This document shows, one piece after another, positions 7,971-16,489 of a stretch of DNA of 39,077 bases. The stretch covers positions 1 through 39,077 of the forward strand of contig CALAXO010000144.1 of the NCBI GenBank assembly GCA_937894955.1, written 5' to 3'. Below the pieces are notes generated by a model, which ran no database searches, had not been told where the DNA came from, and saw only the letters and a program-made list of their open reading frames with translations. Both the position numbers and the translations under genes were made by a program. The stretch comes from an uncultured Clostridia bacterium. Lineage in GTDB: Bacteria; Bacillota; Clostridia; Christensenellales; CAG-138. The first letter of the stretch is position 1, and each line of letters opens with the position of its first letter.

Positions 7971-7999
7971 TTGAAAAACGGAGCGAATGAGATTATAAT
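7971..7999 (+). promoter_or_regulatory. Promoter P1 candidate for the marR-MATE operon
   Basis: TTGAAA (7971-7976), a 17-nt spacer, then TATAAT (7994-7999). Confidence 0.5.
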
Positions 8000-8012
8000 C
8001 CCATTTGGGATT
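7997..8012. promoter_or_regulatory. Perfect 7-2-7 inverted repeat; candidate MarR operator overlapping the P1 -10 element
   Basis: AATCCCA tt TGGGATT at 7997-8012. The left arm shares bases with the TATAAT of P1, and the repeat sits immediately upstream of the MarR-family gene. Confidence 0.4.
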
Positions 8013-8041
8013 TTGCCGCTGCGCCGAAAAACGCGTATAAT
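8013..8041 (+). promoter_or_regulatory. Promoter P2 candidate for the marR-MATE operon
   Basis: TTGCCG (8013-8018), a 17-nt spacer, then TATAAT (8036-8041). Confidence 0.4.
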
Positions 8042-8143
8042 CGGAGATGCTCTTAATAATCCGACAAAGCGTAGTTATGATGGCTGCGATGACATAGAAA
8101 CGCTGTGGGGTTTTCTCAGGCGGGAGAGACGGAGTGTGAAACC

Positions 8144-8590
8144 GTGAACAAACAAATTCTTGATGCATTGAACGGGTTTAACAGGGCAATTGTGAAATTC
8201 AGACATGCCTATTCCGTTTGGGCAAACGAATGCGGCATAAGCTATAACGAAATGCTTGTGCTTTATACGATACGCGAATTCGGTTACTGCACACAAAAAA
8301 TGATAACGCAAAGTTATTTCATTCCGCGCCAGACGATAAACAACGTTATAACTGCGCTGCGCAGGAGCGGACTTGTCGAACACGATGCAAGCTTTTCCCG
8401 AGGACGCGAAAAGGCATTTGTGCTTACGGAAAAGGGCGCGGCATGGGCCGAACCGCTGCTGAAATCGATGAACGAAACCGAAACGGCGGCAGTTGCGGCG
8501 TTCGGAGAGGATAACCTCAGGATTTTGACGAATATGCTGACGGAATACAATATGCGGCTTGATGAGGCAATGGGGAAGGGAGAAAGGTAA
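8144..8590 (+). CDS. MarR-family transcriptional regulator
   Basis: ORF 8105-8590 (GTG start). I favour the GTG at 8144 behind GGAG (8133-8136), giving 148 aa; the start remains uncertain. The winged-helix region YNEMLVLYTIREFGYCTQKMITQSYFIPRQTINNVITALRRSGLVEH is typical of MarR. Confidence 0.8.
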   Translation: MNKQILDALNGFNRAIVKFRHAYSVWANECGISYNEMLVLYTIREFGYCTQKMITQSYFIPRQTINNVITALRRSGLVEHDASFSRGREKAFVLTEKGAAWAEPLLKSMNETETAAVAAFGEDNLRILTNMLTEYNMRLDEAMGKGER

Positions 8591-8592
8591 AC

Positions 8593-9975
8593 GTGAAAGA
8601 AAAAAAGGCGGGAACAGGGCACACGGACACGAAAAAAGCATCGGACACGGCGAATCTTTTCGGCACGGAAAAAATCAGCAGAATCCTTTTAAAACTTGCG
8701 CCGCCCGTAATGCTGGCCCAATTGATACAGGCACTTTATAATATTGTTGACAGTTTGTTTGTCGGAAAATTTTCGGATTCAGGGCTCACGGCTCTGTCGA
8801 TTATCTATCCGATTCAGCTGCTGATGATAGCGCTTGCGGTGGGCAGCGGCGTTGGCATAAACACGGCAATGGCTGCAAAACTCGGCGCAGGGAACAAAGA
8901 AAAATCCGATGAATTTGCTGGAGCGGGCACGGCAATTGCCGTTATCCTTTGGGCAGTGTTTGCTGCGGTCTGCCGGTTCATCATGCCGGCGTATGCCCGA
9001 ATGTCAACCGAGTCCGAGGCAGTTATACGCGATATTACGGTTTACGGCAGGATCGTCTGCGTGTTCAGCTTCGGGCTGTTTCTCGAAAGCATATGGACAA
9101 AGGTCTTGCAGGCGGAAGGCGACATGAAAACGCCCACGGCGGCGCAGATTGCCGGGGCTGTTACGAATATCGTTCTGGATCCGATACTGATTTTCGGTTT
9201 GTTCGGCTTGCCTAAATTCGGTATCGCAGGTGCGGCGGCCGCAACCGTTGCGGGACAGATTGTTGCTGCGGCGGTGGTTGCGAAAAAGGGGTTTCGAAAA
9301 ATGCCCGCGGCAAGGAGTCTTCCGGGGCTTTCAAAAACAATTTTTCGCTTGGGAGCACCGAATATTCTTATGCAGTCGGCATACACGTTTTATATTCTCG
9401 GCCTGAATCTGATACTTGCGGGATTTTCGGATGCGGCTGTGACGGCATTGGGATTATACTATAAATGGCAGACTTTCTTTTTTATTCCGCTTGGTGCGAT
9501 GCAAACCTGCATAGTTCCGGTGCTGAGCTTCAACTATGCTGCCGGGAATATTGAAAGATGCAAAAAAACGCTTGCGGATTCCGTCCTTTTCGGACTTATG
9601 CTGATGGCTGTCGGAACGGCATGCTTCGTTTCGGTTCCGGCGCAGATGATTCGTGTTTTCAGCGGTGATGCGCTTGCGGTTTCAATCGGAAAAGTCGGGT
9701 TCCCGATCATCGGAATCAGCTTTCTGCCCATGGTGACATCTCTCATATTCCCCGTGTTCTTTCAGGCAACGGGGTTCGGTCTTAAAAGTTCGCTGCTGAC
9801 GGTGATACGAACCGTGCTGCTTTTTGTGCCGCTCGGATACGTTTTTTCGCGATTCGGGCTGAATTGGTTCTGGTTTGCTTTCCCTGTTACGGAAGTTATA
9901 ACAAGCATTGCGGGGTTTGCGTTTTATCGCGGCTTTTTAAACAACGCGGCACGAACGCCGAAAAACCTGCTTTAA
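8593..9975 (+). CDS. MATE-family multidrug efflux transporter
   Basis: A 460-aa ORF with a GTG start 2 nt after the marR stop and about 12 hydrophobic segments. The N-terminal LLKLAPPVMLAQLIQALYNIVDSLFVGK is the characteristic MATE (NorM/DinF-like) opening. Confidence 0.9.
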   Translation: MKEKKAGTGHTDTKKASDTANLFGTEKISRILLKLAPPVMLAQLIQALYNIVDSLFVGKFSDSGLTALSIIYPIQLLMIALAVGSGVGINTAMAAKLGAGNKEKSDEFAGAGTAIAVILWAVFAAVCRFIMPAYARMSTESEAVIRDITVYGRIVCVFSFGLFLESIWTKVLQAEGDMKTPTAAQIAGAVTNIVLDPILIFGLFGLPKFGIAGAAAATVAGQIVAAAVVAKKGFRKMPAARSLPGLSKTIFRLGAPNILMQSAYTFYILGLNLILAGFSDAAVTALGLYYKWQTFFFIPLGAMQTCIVPVLSFNYAAGNIERCKKTLADSVLFGLMLMAVGTACFVSVPAQMIRVFSGDALAVSIGKVGFPIIGISFLPMVTSLIFPVFFQATGFGLKSSLLTVIRTVLLFVPLGYVFSRFGLNWFWFAFPVTEVITSIAGFAFYRGFLNNAARTPKNLL

Positions 9976-10092
9976 CGGTCAGGGCTTTAGCGGAGCGCGG
10001 GCGGAAAACGACGGCAGCGGGTGAGAACAAGACTCGCTTTGAACGGAGCGGGAACGGAATGAAATGAAATGCCGAAAAATCGTATCAACCGC

Positions 10093-10121
10093 TTGACAAA
10101 CGTGCAGACTATGATTAAAAT
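10093..10121 (+). promoter_or_regulatory. Sigma-70-type promoter of the metG T-box leader
   Basis: Consensus TTGACA (10093-10098), an exact 17-nt spacer, then TAAAAT (10116-10121). Confidence 0.6.
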
Positions 10122-10127
10122 ATAAAC

Positions 10128-10536
10128 TGCGGGGATTTTTCAGCGGCTGATTCCGCATTGATCTCTGCCGAATTTCATAGGGCTGTGACGGAAAGAGTAC
10201 GGACAGCTTCCGCTTTCAGAGACCCGGCATTCGGTGCAAGTCGGGAGCGGGGTATCCCGAACATGGCTCCCGAGCCCCCGAGGTCGAACCGAAATATGCA
10301 CGCATTGCATACAGCTGTGCAGAATTCATTAAGACACGGCGTGTACGCACGTTACAGCGCGAAATGAGCCGACACGGCATGTTTGCGCATACAAACGCCT
10401 TTTGTCGGGAATTAGGGTGGTACCGCGACAACGCCGCATACCCGAACAGCGTTTCTGCCGTTTTTTGCGGCGGAAAGGTTCATCGTGCATGACGGACGCC
10501 CCTATATCCCTTGACCGGATATGGGGGCGTTTTTAA
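10128..10536 (+). promoter_or_regulatory. T-box leader (tRNA-sensing riboswitch), candidate Met specifier
   Basis: The canonical T-box sequence AATTAGGGTGGTACCGCG is at 10410-10427. AGAGA (10218-10222) and GGTGCAA (10233-10239) resemble the stem I platform motifs. An AUG followed by a purine at 10263-10266 (GAAC AUG G) is a candidate Met specifier. A terminator lies at the 3' end and metG lies downstream. Confidence 0.8.
10496..10536 (+). terminator. Rho-independent terminator of the T-box leader
   Basis: acgcccctatatcc (10496-10509) pairs with ggatatgggggcgt (10517-10530), followed by TTTTT. Confidence 0.7.
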
Positions 10537-10594
10537 TTTGTTTTCAAAAAATTCAAAACGCAAATATCCGGAATACTTCCGAAGGAGAGTTTTT

Positions 10595-12637
10595 ATGACG
10601 GAAATCATGAAAGAAAAGAAAACTTATTACATCACAACGCCCATTTACTATCCGAGTGCAAAACTGCATATCGGACACACCTATTGCACCGTGAACACGG
10701 ACGCGCTTGCACGCTATAAGAGAATGCGCGGCTATGATGTTTACTTTTTGACCGGTGCGGACGAACACGGACAAAAGATTGAACGCAAGGCAGCGGAAGC
10801 GGGAGTTACACCTCAGCAATATGTTGACAACATCGTTGCGGGGTTCCACAGCCTTTGGCAGCTTATGGATATTTCCAACGACGGCTTTGTTCGCACGACG
10901 GATGATTACCACGTTGCATGCGTTCAAAAGGTCTTTAAAAAGCTCTATGATCAGGGCGATATTTATAAAAGCAGCTACAAGGGCATGTATTGCACGCCCT
11001 GCGAGGCGTTCTGGACGGAGACGCAGCTCAAGGAGAGCGGCGGAGTGTGCCCCGATTGCGGAGGCAAGGTTGAAGAGGTTGAGGAAGAAAGTTATTTCCT
11101 TAACGTCAGCAAATACGCGCCCCGCCTTATCGAATACATTGAGACTCACCCCGAGTTTATTCAACCCGCTTCCCGCGCAAAAGAGATGCTCAACAACTTC
11201 CTGCTTCCGGGGCTTGAGGATCTCTGCGTCAGCCGCAGCACCTTTAAATGGGGTGTGCCCGTCAGCTTTGACGACAGGCACGTTATCTATGTCTGGTTCG
11301 ATGCCGTGCTGAACTATCTTTCAAAGCTCGGTTATTTGAGCGATGATGATTCAATGTTCAAAAAATACTGGCCCTGCGATGTTCACATCGTCGGCAAGGA
11401 GATAATCCGTTTCCACACCATTGTGTGGCCCATCATGCTGATGGCTCTCGGCCTTCCTTTGCCCAAACAGGTTTACGGCCACGGCTGGCTTGTTTTGGAC
11501 GGCACAAAGATGAGCAAATCCCTCGGCAACGTTGTTGACCCCGTCAAGCTTGTCGAACGTTACGGCGTGGATGCAATTCGCTACTTCCTGCTGAGCGAAT
11601 TCCCGTTCGGAAGCGACGGCAATTTTAACAACGAGGTGCTGATAACGCGCATAAACAGCGACCTTGCAAACGACCTCGGCAATCTGCTTTCGCGCACGGT
11701 TGCAATGATTGAAAAGTATTTCGGCGGGGTTATCCCTGCGCCCGATGCGCCCGTTGAGGAAGAGGATTCAACCATCGTTCCCGCAGCAGCCGCGCTTGCG
11801 GAAAAAATCGATGCCTGCATGAACGCGCTGCACCCCAATGAGGCCTTGGCAGAGATTTTCAGACTTGTTCGTCTTTGCAACAAATATATCGACATTACCG
11901 CACCGTGGCTGCTGGCAAAAGATGAAGCAAAGCGTGACAGGCTCGGAACCGTGCTTTATAACCTTGCGGAGTGCCTGCGCATTGTCGCCGTTTGCCTGCG
12001 TCCGTTTCTGACCCGCACCGCGCCGAAGATTTTTGAACAGCTCGGCGTTGCGGACGAAACGCTTAAGGAGTTCGATTCCGTTGCGGAATTCGGAAAGCTG
12101 CCCGAAGGCACGATTGTTAAAAAGGGAGAGGCGCTCTTCCCGCGAATCGATGTCAAAAAGGAGCTTGAACAGCTTGAGACACTGCTTCCGAAGCCCAAGC
12201 AGGCAGCGGAGGAGAAGACGGAAGCAAAGCCCGAAGCGAAGAACGCGGACACGGAGGCAAAATCTGAGGTAAAATCCGAGGAAAAGCCCGCCGAACCCGC
12301 ATTGCTGCCGGAGATAAGTTATGACGACTTTGCAAAACTTGATCTGCGCCTTGCAAAGGTCATTGCCTGCGAAGAAGTTAAAAAATCCAAAAAACTGCTT
12401 AAATGCACGCTGCAAATGGGCGGGGAAGAGCGCATTGTGCTTTCCGGCATCAAAAAATGGTACAGCCCGGAGCAGCTCGTCGGCAAAACCGTGGTTGTTG
12501 CTGCAAATCTTGCGCCGAAGACCATCTGCGGCATTGAAAGCCACGGCATGATACTTTGCGCAAGCGATGCATCGGATGAGAACCTTTCCGCTCTCACAAC
12601 CATGGGCGATATGGCAAGCGGACTGAAGGTGCGCTGA
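10595..12637 (+). CDS. metG: Methionine--tRNA ligase with a C-terminal tRNA-binding (EMAP/Trbp111-like) domain
   Basis: The ATG at 10595 sits behind GAAGGAGAG; the TTG-extended ORF from 10511 would overlap the leader terminator. The sequence has YYITTPIYYPSAKLHIGH (HIGH), KMSKS and a CxxC...CxxC knuckle. The C-terminal LDLRLAKVIACEEVKKSKKLLKCTLQMG matches the tRNA-binding domain. Confidence 0.95.
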   Translation: MTEIMKEKKTYYITTPIYYPSAKLHIGHTYCTVNTDALARYKRMRGYDVYFLTGADEHGQKIERKAAEAGVTPQQYVDNIVAGFHSLWQLMDISNDGFVRTTDDYHVACVQKVFKKLYDQGDIYKSSYKGMYCTPCEAFWTETQLKESGGVCPDCGGKVEEVEEESYFLNVSKYAPRLIEYIETHPEFIQPASRAKEMLNNFLLPGLEDLCVSRSTFKWGVPVSFDDRHVIYVWFDAVLNYLSKLGYLSDDDSMFKKYWPCDVHIVGKEIIRFHTIVWPIMLMALGLPLPKQVYGHGWLVLDGTKMSKSLGNVVDPVKLVERYGVDAIRYFLLSEFPFGSDGNFNNEVLITRINSDLANDLGNLLSRTVAMIEKYFGGVIPAPDAPVEEEDSTIVPAAAALAEKIDACMNALHPNEALAEIFRLVRLCNKYIDITAPWLLAKDEAKRDRLGTVLYNLAECLRIVAVCLRPFLTRTAPKIFEQLGVADETLKEFDSVAEFGKLPEGTIVKKGEALFPRIDVKKELEQLETLLPKPKQAAEEKTEAKPEAKNADTEAKSEVKSEEKPAEPALLPEISYDDFAKLDLRLAKVIACEEVKKSKKLLKCTLQMGGEERIVLSGIKKWYSPEQLVGKTVVVAANLAPKTICGIESHGMILCASDASDENLSALTTMGDMASGLKVR

Positions 12638-12734
12638 GACGGCAAACGGAATCGGGAACACTCCGGGCGGCAAAAAACGCAAACGGGAGTTTCCGACGGT
12701 TCGTTTTTCAACCGAAAATAAGGGGGAGATTTTT

Positions 12735-13400
12735 ATGACGGCGATAACATATAAACAGCTGCGGGAGGATGCCTCAATCCGAACCTACATAATTCGTGCG
12801 GACGAATCCCTGCTTGCGCTCGGATTCACGGAGCATTCGTTTGCGCATGTCACAATGGTGAGTGAAAATGCGGCGCATATCCTTGAAACACTCGGTTATT
12901 CCGAACACGAAGTGGAGCTTGTCCGCATTGCCGGCTATCTGCACGATATCGGCAACCTTATAAACCGCGTTGACCATTCACAAAGCGGCGCGCTGCTTGC
13001 GTTCCGGCTTTTGGAGGAGCGCGGAATGAGTGCGGAGGATATTTCCCTTATCGTAACGGCGATCGGCAACCATGACGAGGGCACGGGCGTACCCGTAAAC
13101 GCTGTTGCCGCTGCGCTGATACTTGCGGATAAATGCGACGTTCGCCGAAGCCGTGTGCGCAATCGCAATATCTCGACTTTTGACATTCACGACCGCGTAA
13201 ATTACTCCGTTACGGAATCAAATATCCGAATCGATGACAGCAAGGCGACTCTTTCGCTGAATCTGACCATCGACACGCAGTATTGCTCCATTATGGATTA
13301 TTTCGAAATATTCATGACCCGCATGAAGCTCTGTATGCGTGCCGCGAACAGGCTCGGGTTGAGCTTTGCGTTGTTTATCAACGGACAAAAGCTGCTTTAA
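12735..13400 (+). CDS. HD-domain metal-dependent phosphohydrolase
   Basis: A 221-aa ORF with the RBS AAGGGGGAG. H...HD motifs are present (FAHVTMV, AGYLHDIGN, GNHDEG). Confidence 0.8.
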   Translation: MTAITYKQLREDASIRTYIIRADESLLALGFTEHSFAHVTMVSENAAHILETLGYSEHEVELVRIAGYLHDIGNLINRVDHSQSGALLAFRLLEERGMSAEDISLIVTAIGNHDEGTGVPVNAVAAALILADKCDVRRSRVRNRNISTFDIHDRVNYSVTESNIRIDDSKATLSLNLTIDTQYCSIMDYFEIFMTRMKLCMRAANRLGLSFALFINGQKLL

Positions 13401-13525
13401 ACAGGCACGGCCGCGTCGGTTTTTTGACAGTGTAAATGCAATTTGAAAAATTCAATACCTGCAAAAGCTCTCACCGCACTGTTTGCGGCGGGGGCTTTTT
13501 AATTAAACAAAAATGCCGCAAATGC

Positions 13526-13555
13526 GAATATTTCCGTGCTGCCGCTCATATCAAT
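13526..13555 (+). promoter_or_regulatory. Weak sigma-E-like sporulation promoter candidate upstream of spoIVA
   Basis: GAATATT (13526-13532), 14 nt, then CATATCAAT (13547-13555), compared with my recollection of the mother-cell sigma-E consensus (kmATATT-14-CATACAhT). Only the CATA core of the -10 matches, so this is speculative. Confidence 0.25.
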
Positions 13556-13606
13556 TCACAAAAGGATAAAGCCGATTCAGCGGCAAAACAGCAGTCGGAG
13601 GTTATT

Positions 13607-15088
13607 ATGGCAAGCACAGGCATTTATCGGGATATTCAAAAACGTACCGGAGGGGATATTTACATCGGCGTCGTCGGCCCCGTTCGAACGGGCAAATCGA
13701 CATTTATCAAACGGTTCATGGACCTTATGGTTCTTCCGAAGATTGAAAACGAATATGCCCTGGCCCGAATTGTGGACGAATTGCCGCAAAGCGGTTCGGG
13801 AAAAACGGTTATGACAACACAGCCGAAATTTGTTCCGAACGAGGCGGTCGCGCTCACCGTCGGCGAGGACGGCATTGAGCTGCGCCTGCGCATGGTGGAT
13901 TGCGTGGGCTATATGGTGGAAGGTGCGCTCGGCAGCAGCGAGGGGGAGCAGCCGCGCATGGTAAGAACACCGTGGTTCGATTATGATATTCCGTTTGATG
14001 AAGCCGCGGAACTCGGCACGCGGAAGGTCATCACGGAGCACTCAACAATAGGCATCGTCATTTTGACGGACGGCAGCATCACGGGAATTTCCCGCGAGGC
14101 ATACGCGCCTGCGGAAGAAGCGGTGCTGCGCGAAATGCAGAACACGGGAAAACCCTATATCATCATTTTGAACAGCTCCGACCCAACGGGGCAGGCGGCA
14201 GCGGAGCTTTCGGCACAGCTTTCGGAAAAATACGGTGCGCCTGTAAAACCGCTGGACGTTCTCGGGATGGAGCTTTCGGATATTGATACATTGCTGGAAG
14301 GTATTTTGCAGGAATTTCCTCTTGGCAGCATCTGCATTGAAATGCCCAAATGGATGCGTGCGCTCGGAACGGAGCACTGCCTTGTTAAAGCTTTGCTTGA
14401 CAGGGCAAAGGCGGCAATGCCGAACCTGAACAAAATGCGGGATGCAGCGTTGATTCAAAAGGTGTTCGGAGGGATGGAGGATTATAAACCGGTTGAACAG
14501 GTTCGCATCAGCCTTGGCAGCGGCAGCGCGGTGTTCCGGCTTGTTCCGAATGATGATGTGTTCTATCGTGTGCTCAGCGAGGAATGCGGCTGCGAAATAA
14601 AAAATGAAAGCGAGCTTATCGCTTCGCTGAAGGATTTTGTTACGGCAAAAAAGGCATATGACCGCATTGCGGGCGCACTCGCGGCAGCGGAGGAAACGGG
14701 TTACGGCCTTGTTCCGCCGCAGATAAATGAAATGCAGCTTGATCAGCCGGAGATAGTTCGGCACGGTTCACGTTTCGGTGTTTGCCTGAGAGCAAAGGCT
14801 TCCGGGCTGCACATCATTCGCGTTGATATCGAAAGCGAGGTCAACCCGCTTGTCGGCACCGCCGAACAGAGCGAGGAACTTATTGAATACCTTGTTGACA
14901 AGTTTGAAAACAAACCGGATGAGATATGGAGCACGAACATCTTCGGAAAATCGCTCTATGAACTTGTTAAGGACGGCATGGCGGGCAAGGTGTCGCGCTT
15001 GCCTGCGGATGTTCAGATGAAGCTGCGCGATGCGATAACAAGAATGGTAAACGAAGGCTGCAACGGGTTGATATGCATCATGCTTTAA
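13607..15088 (+). CDS. spoIVA: Stage IV sporulation protein A (spore coat morphogenetic ATPase)
   Basis: The ATG at 13607 sits behind GGAGG. IYRDIQKRTGGDIYIGVVGPVRTGKSTFIKRFM (Walker A), a length of 493 aa and the C-terminal ...MVNEGCNGLICIML all match SpoIVA. Confidence 0.93.
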   Translation: MASTGIYRDIQKRTGGDIYIGVVGPVRTGKSTFIKRFMDLMVLPKIENEYALARIVDELPQSGSGKTVMTTQPKFVPNEAVALTVGEDGIELRLRMVDCVGYMVEGALGSSEGEQPRMVRTPWFDYDIPFDEAAELGTRKVITEHSTIGIVILTDGSITGISREAYAPAEEAVLREMQNTGKPYIIILNSSDPTGQAAAELSAQLSEKYGAPVKPLDVLGMELSDIDTLLEGILQEFPLGSICIEMPKWMRALGTEHCLVKALLDRAKAAMPNLNKMRDAALIQKVFGGMEDYKPVEQVRISLGSGSAVFRLVPNDDVFYRVLSEECGCEIKNESELIASLKDFVTAKKAYDRIAGALAAAEETGYGLVPPQINEMQLDQPEIVRHGSRFGVCLRAKASGLHIIRVDIESEVNPLVGTAEQSEELIEYLVDKFENKPDEIWSTNIFGKSLYELVKDGMAGKVSRLPADVQMKLRDAITRMVNEGCNGLICIML

Positions 15089-15106
15089 AAGCAAGGAAAA
15101 AGCAGC

Positions 15107-15134
15107 AAAAAAGGGAACTGCCGCCGCAGCTCCC
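15107..15134 (-). terminator. Rho-independent terminator of hisS (hairpin shared with convergent spoIVA)
   Basis: The hairpin gggaactgc/gcagctccc is at 15113-15134 (one mismatch). On the minus strand it is followed by TTTTTT (A run 15107-15112 on +). Confidence 0.55.
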
Positions 15135-15169
15135 ATTTGCTCTGTTCGTATTCACTTGCGGAACGGGGT

Positions 15170-16426
15170 TCAGTCCGCAAAATAGTCAACAAGCTCATCA
15201 AGCTTGACGGCGGTTTCAAAGCCGTCCGCCATGCATTTGATTTTTGCTGCTCCTGCCGCAAGCTCGTCATCGCCGAGAACAGCAACGTATTCCGCAAGAA
15301 TCTTGTTTGCATATTTGAATTGCGCCTTAAAGCTGCGCTCCATGTGGTCGAACTCGGCAAAGACTCCGTTTTCGCGAAGCTTTTGAACAAGACCGAAGGC
15401 GGCAAGGCGTGGCTGTTCGCCCATTGCGGCGAAATAGACCTTCACGGGCTTGGGCTTGGGAATGACGGCATTTGCGTTTTCCATGACCATCAGAAGGCGT
15501 TCCATACCCATGCCGAAACCGACGGCGGGAAGGGATTGCCCTCCGAGTTCTTCAACAAGGTTATTGTATCTGCCTCCGCCGCATACGGTGCCCTGTGAGC
15601 CGATGCGGGTGGAGACAATTTCGAATACAGTGCCGGTATAATAGTCCAACCCGCGGACAATATCCGGATCGACAACGTATTTCACGCCGCAGGTGTCGAG
15701 ACAGCGTTTAAGCCCCTCGAAATGTGCACGGCAATCATCGCAGAGATAATCAAGCGTGCGCGGTGCGCTGCGGCAGATTTCTTTGCAGCGTTCCTCTTTG
15801 CAGTCAAGAATGCGCATGGGGTTGCGCTCAAGCCTGTCCTGACAGGTTTTGCACATGCCGTCGATATGCGATTTCAGATAATCGTAAAGAGCTTTGTTGT
15901 ATTCCCTGCGGCATTTTCCGCAGCCGATGCTGTTAAGGTGCAGCGTCAGCTCGTCAAGCCCCAACCTTCTCAGAAGGGAGAGCGCGAGCATGATGATTTC
16001 CGCATCGGCTTCAAACGAGGACGCACCGAAAAACTCAACGCCGAACTGATGATGTTCGCGAAGCCTTCCCGCCTGCGGCTTTTCATAGCGGAAAACCGGA
16101 GCGTTGAGATAATACATCTTTTGAGGAAGAGCCTCGTTGAAGAGCCTGTTTTCAAGGAAGGCGCGAACCATGCCCGCCGTGCCCTCGGGTTTGAGGGTGA
16201 TGGAGCGGTCGCCCTTGTCCCTGAAAGTGTACATTTCCTTTTGAACTATATCCGTTGTGTCACCGACGCCGCGCATGAAAAGCTCGGTGTGTTCAATTAT
16301 CGGCGTGCGCAATTCGTTAATGCCGTACAGGCGGCACAGATCGCGCATTTCTTTTTCGATATACTGCCACTTGTAGCTTTCGCCGGGCAGAACATCCTTT
16401 GTTCCCTTCGGTGCCTGAATCTGCAT
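15170..16426 (-). CDS. hisS: Histidine--tRNA ligase
   Basis: A 418-aa ORF with the RBS AAGAGG. The sequence MQIQAPKGTKDVLPGESYKWQYIE...FRYEKPQAGRLREHHQFGVE...GGGRYNNLVEELGG carries the class II HisRS motifs. Confidence 0.95.
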   Translation of the reverse strand: MQIQAPKGTKDVLPGESYKWQYIEKEMRDLCRLYGINELRTPIIEHTELFMRGVGDTTDIVQKEMYTFRDKGDRSITLKPEGTAGMVRAFLENRLFNEALPQKMYYLNAPVFRYEKPQAGRLREHHQFGVEFFGASSFEADAEIIMLALSLLRRLGLDELTLHLNSIGCGKCRREYNKALYDYLKSHIDGMCKTCQDRLERNPMRILDCKEERCKEICRSAPRTLDYLCDDCRAHFEGLKRCLDTCGVKYVVDPDIVRGLDYYTGTVFEIVSTRIGSQGTVCGGGRYNNLVEELGGQSLPAVGFGMGMERLLMVMENANAVIPKPKPVKVYFAAMGEQPRLAAFGLVQKLRENGVFAEFDHMERSFKAQFKYANKILAEYVAVLGDDELAAGAAKIKCMADGFETAVKLDELVDYFAD

Positions 16427-16489
16427 TGTGTAACCTCTTTATATAAAATAATACCTTTTGCCGAATGTCGTTATGCAGAACGTTTTCTG

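Noticed and set aside
7839-8168. ORFs 7839-8147 (+) and 7878-8168 (-) in the tdk / marR intergenic region
   Set aside because: The region is packed with consensus promoter hexamers and a palindromic operator. Neither ORF has an RBS or a protein-like composition.
10511-10594. A TTG-initiated 28-codon N-terminal extension of metG
   Set aside because: The extension starts inside the T-box terminator hairpin. The ATG at 10595 has a strong GAAGGAGAG RBS and gives the canonical MetRS N terminus.
13436-13606. A 57-codon N-terminal extension of spoIVA
   Set aside because: SpoIVA family proteins begin close to the Walker A motif. The ATG at 13607 has a GGAGG RBS, and the extension is Cys/Lys-rich with no homology.
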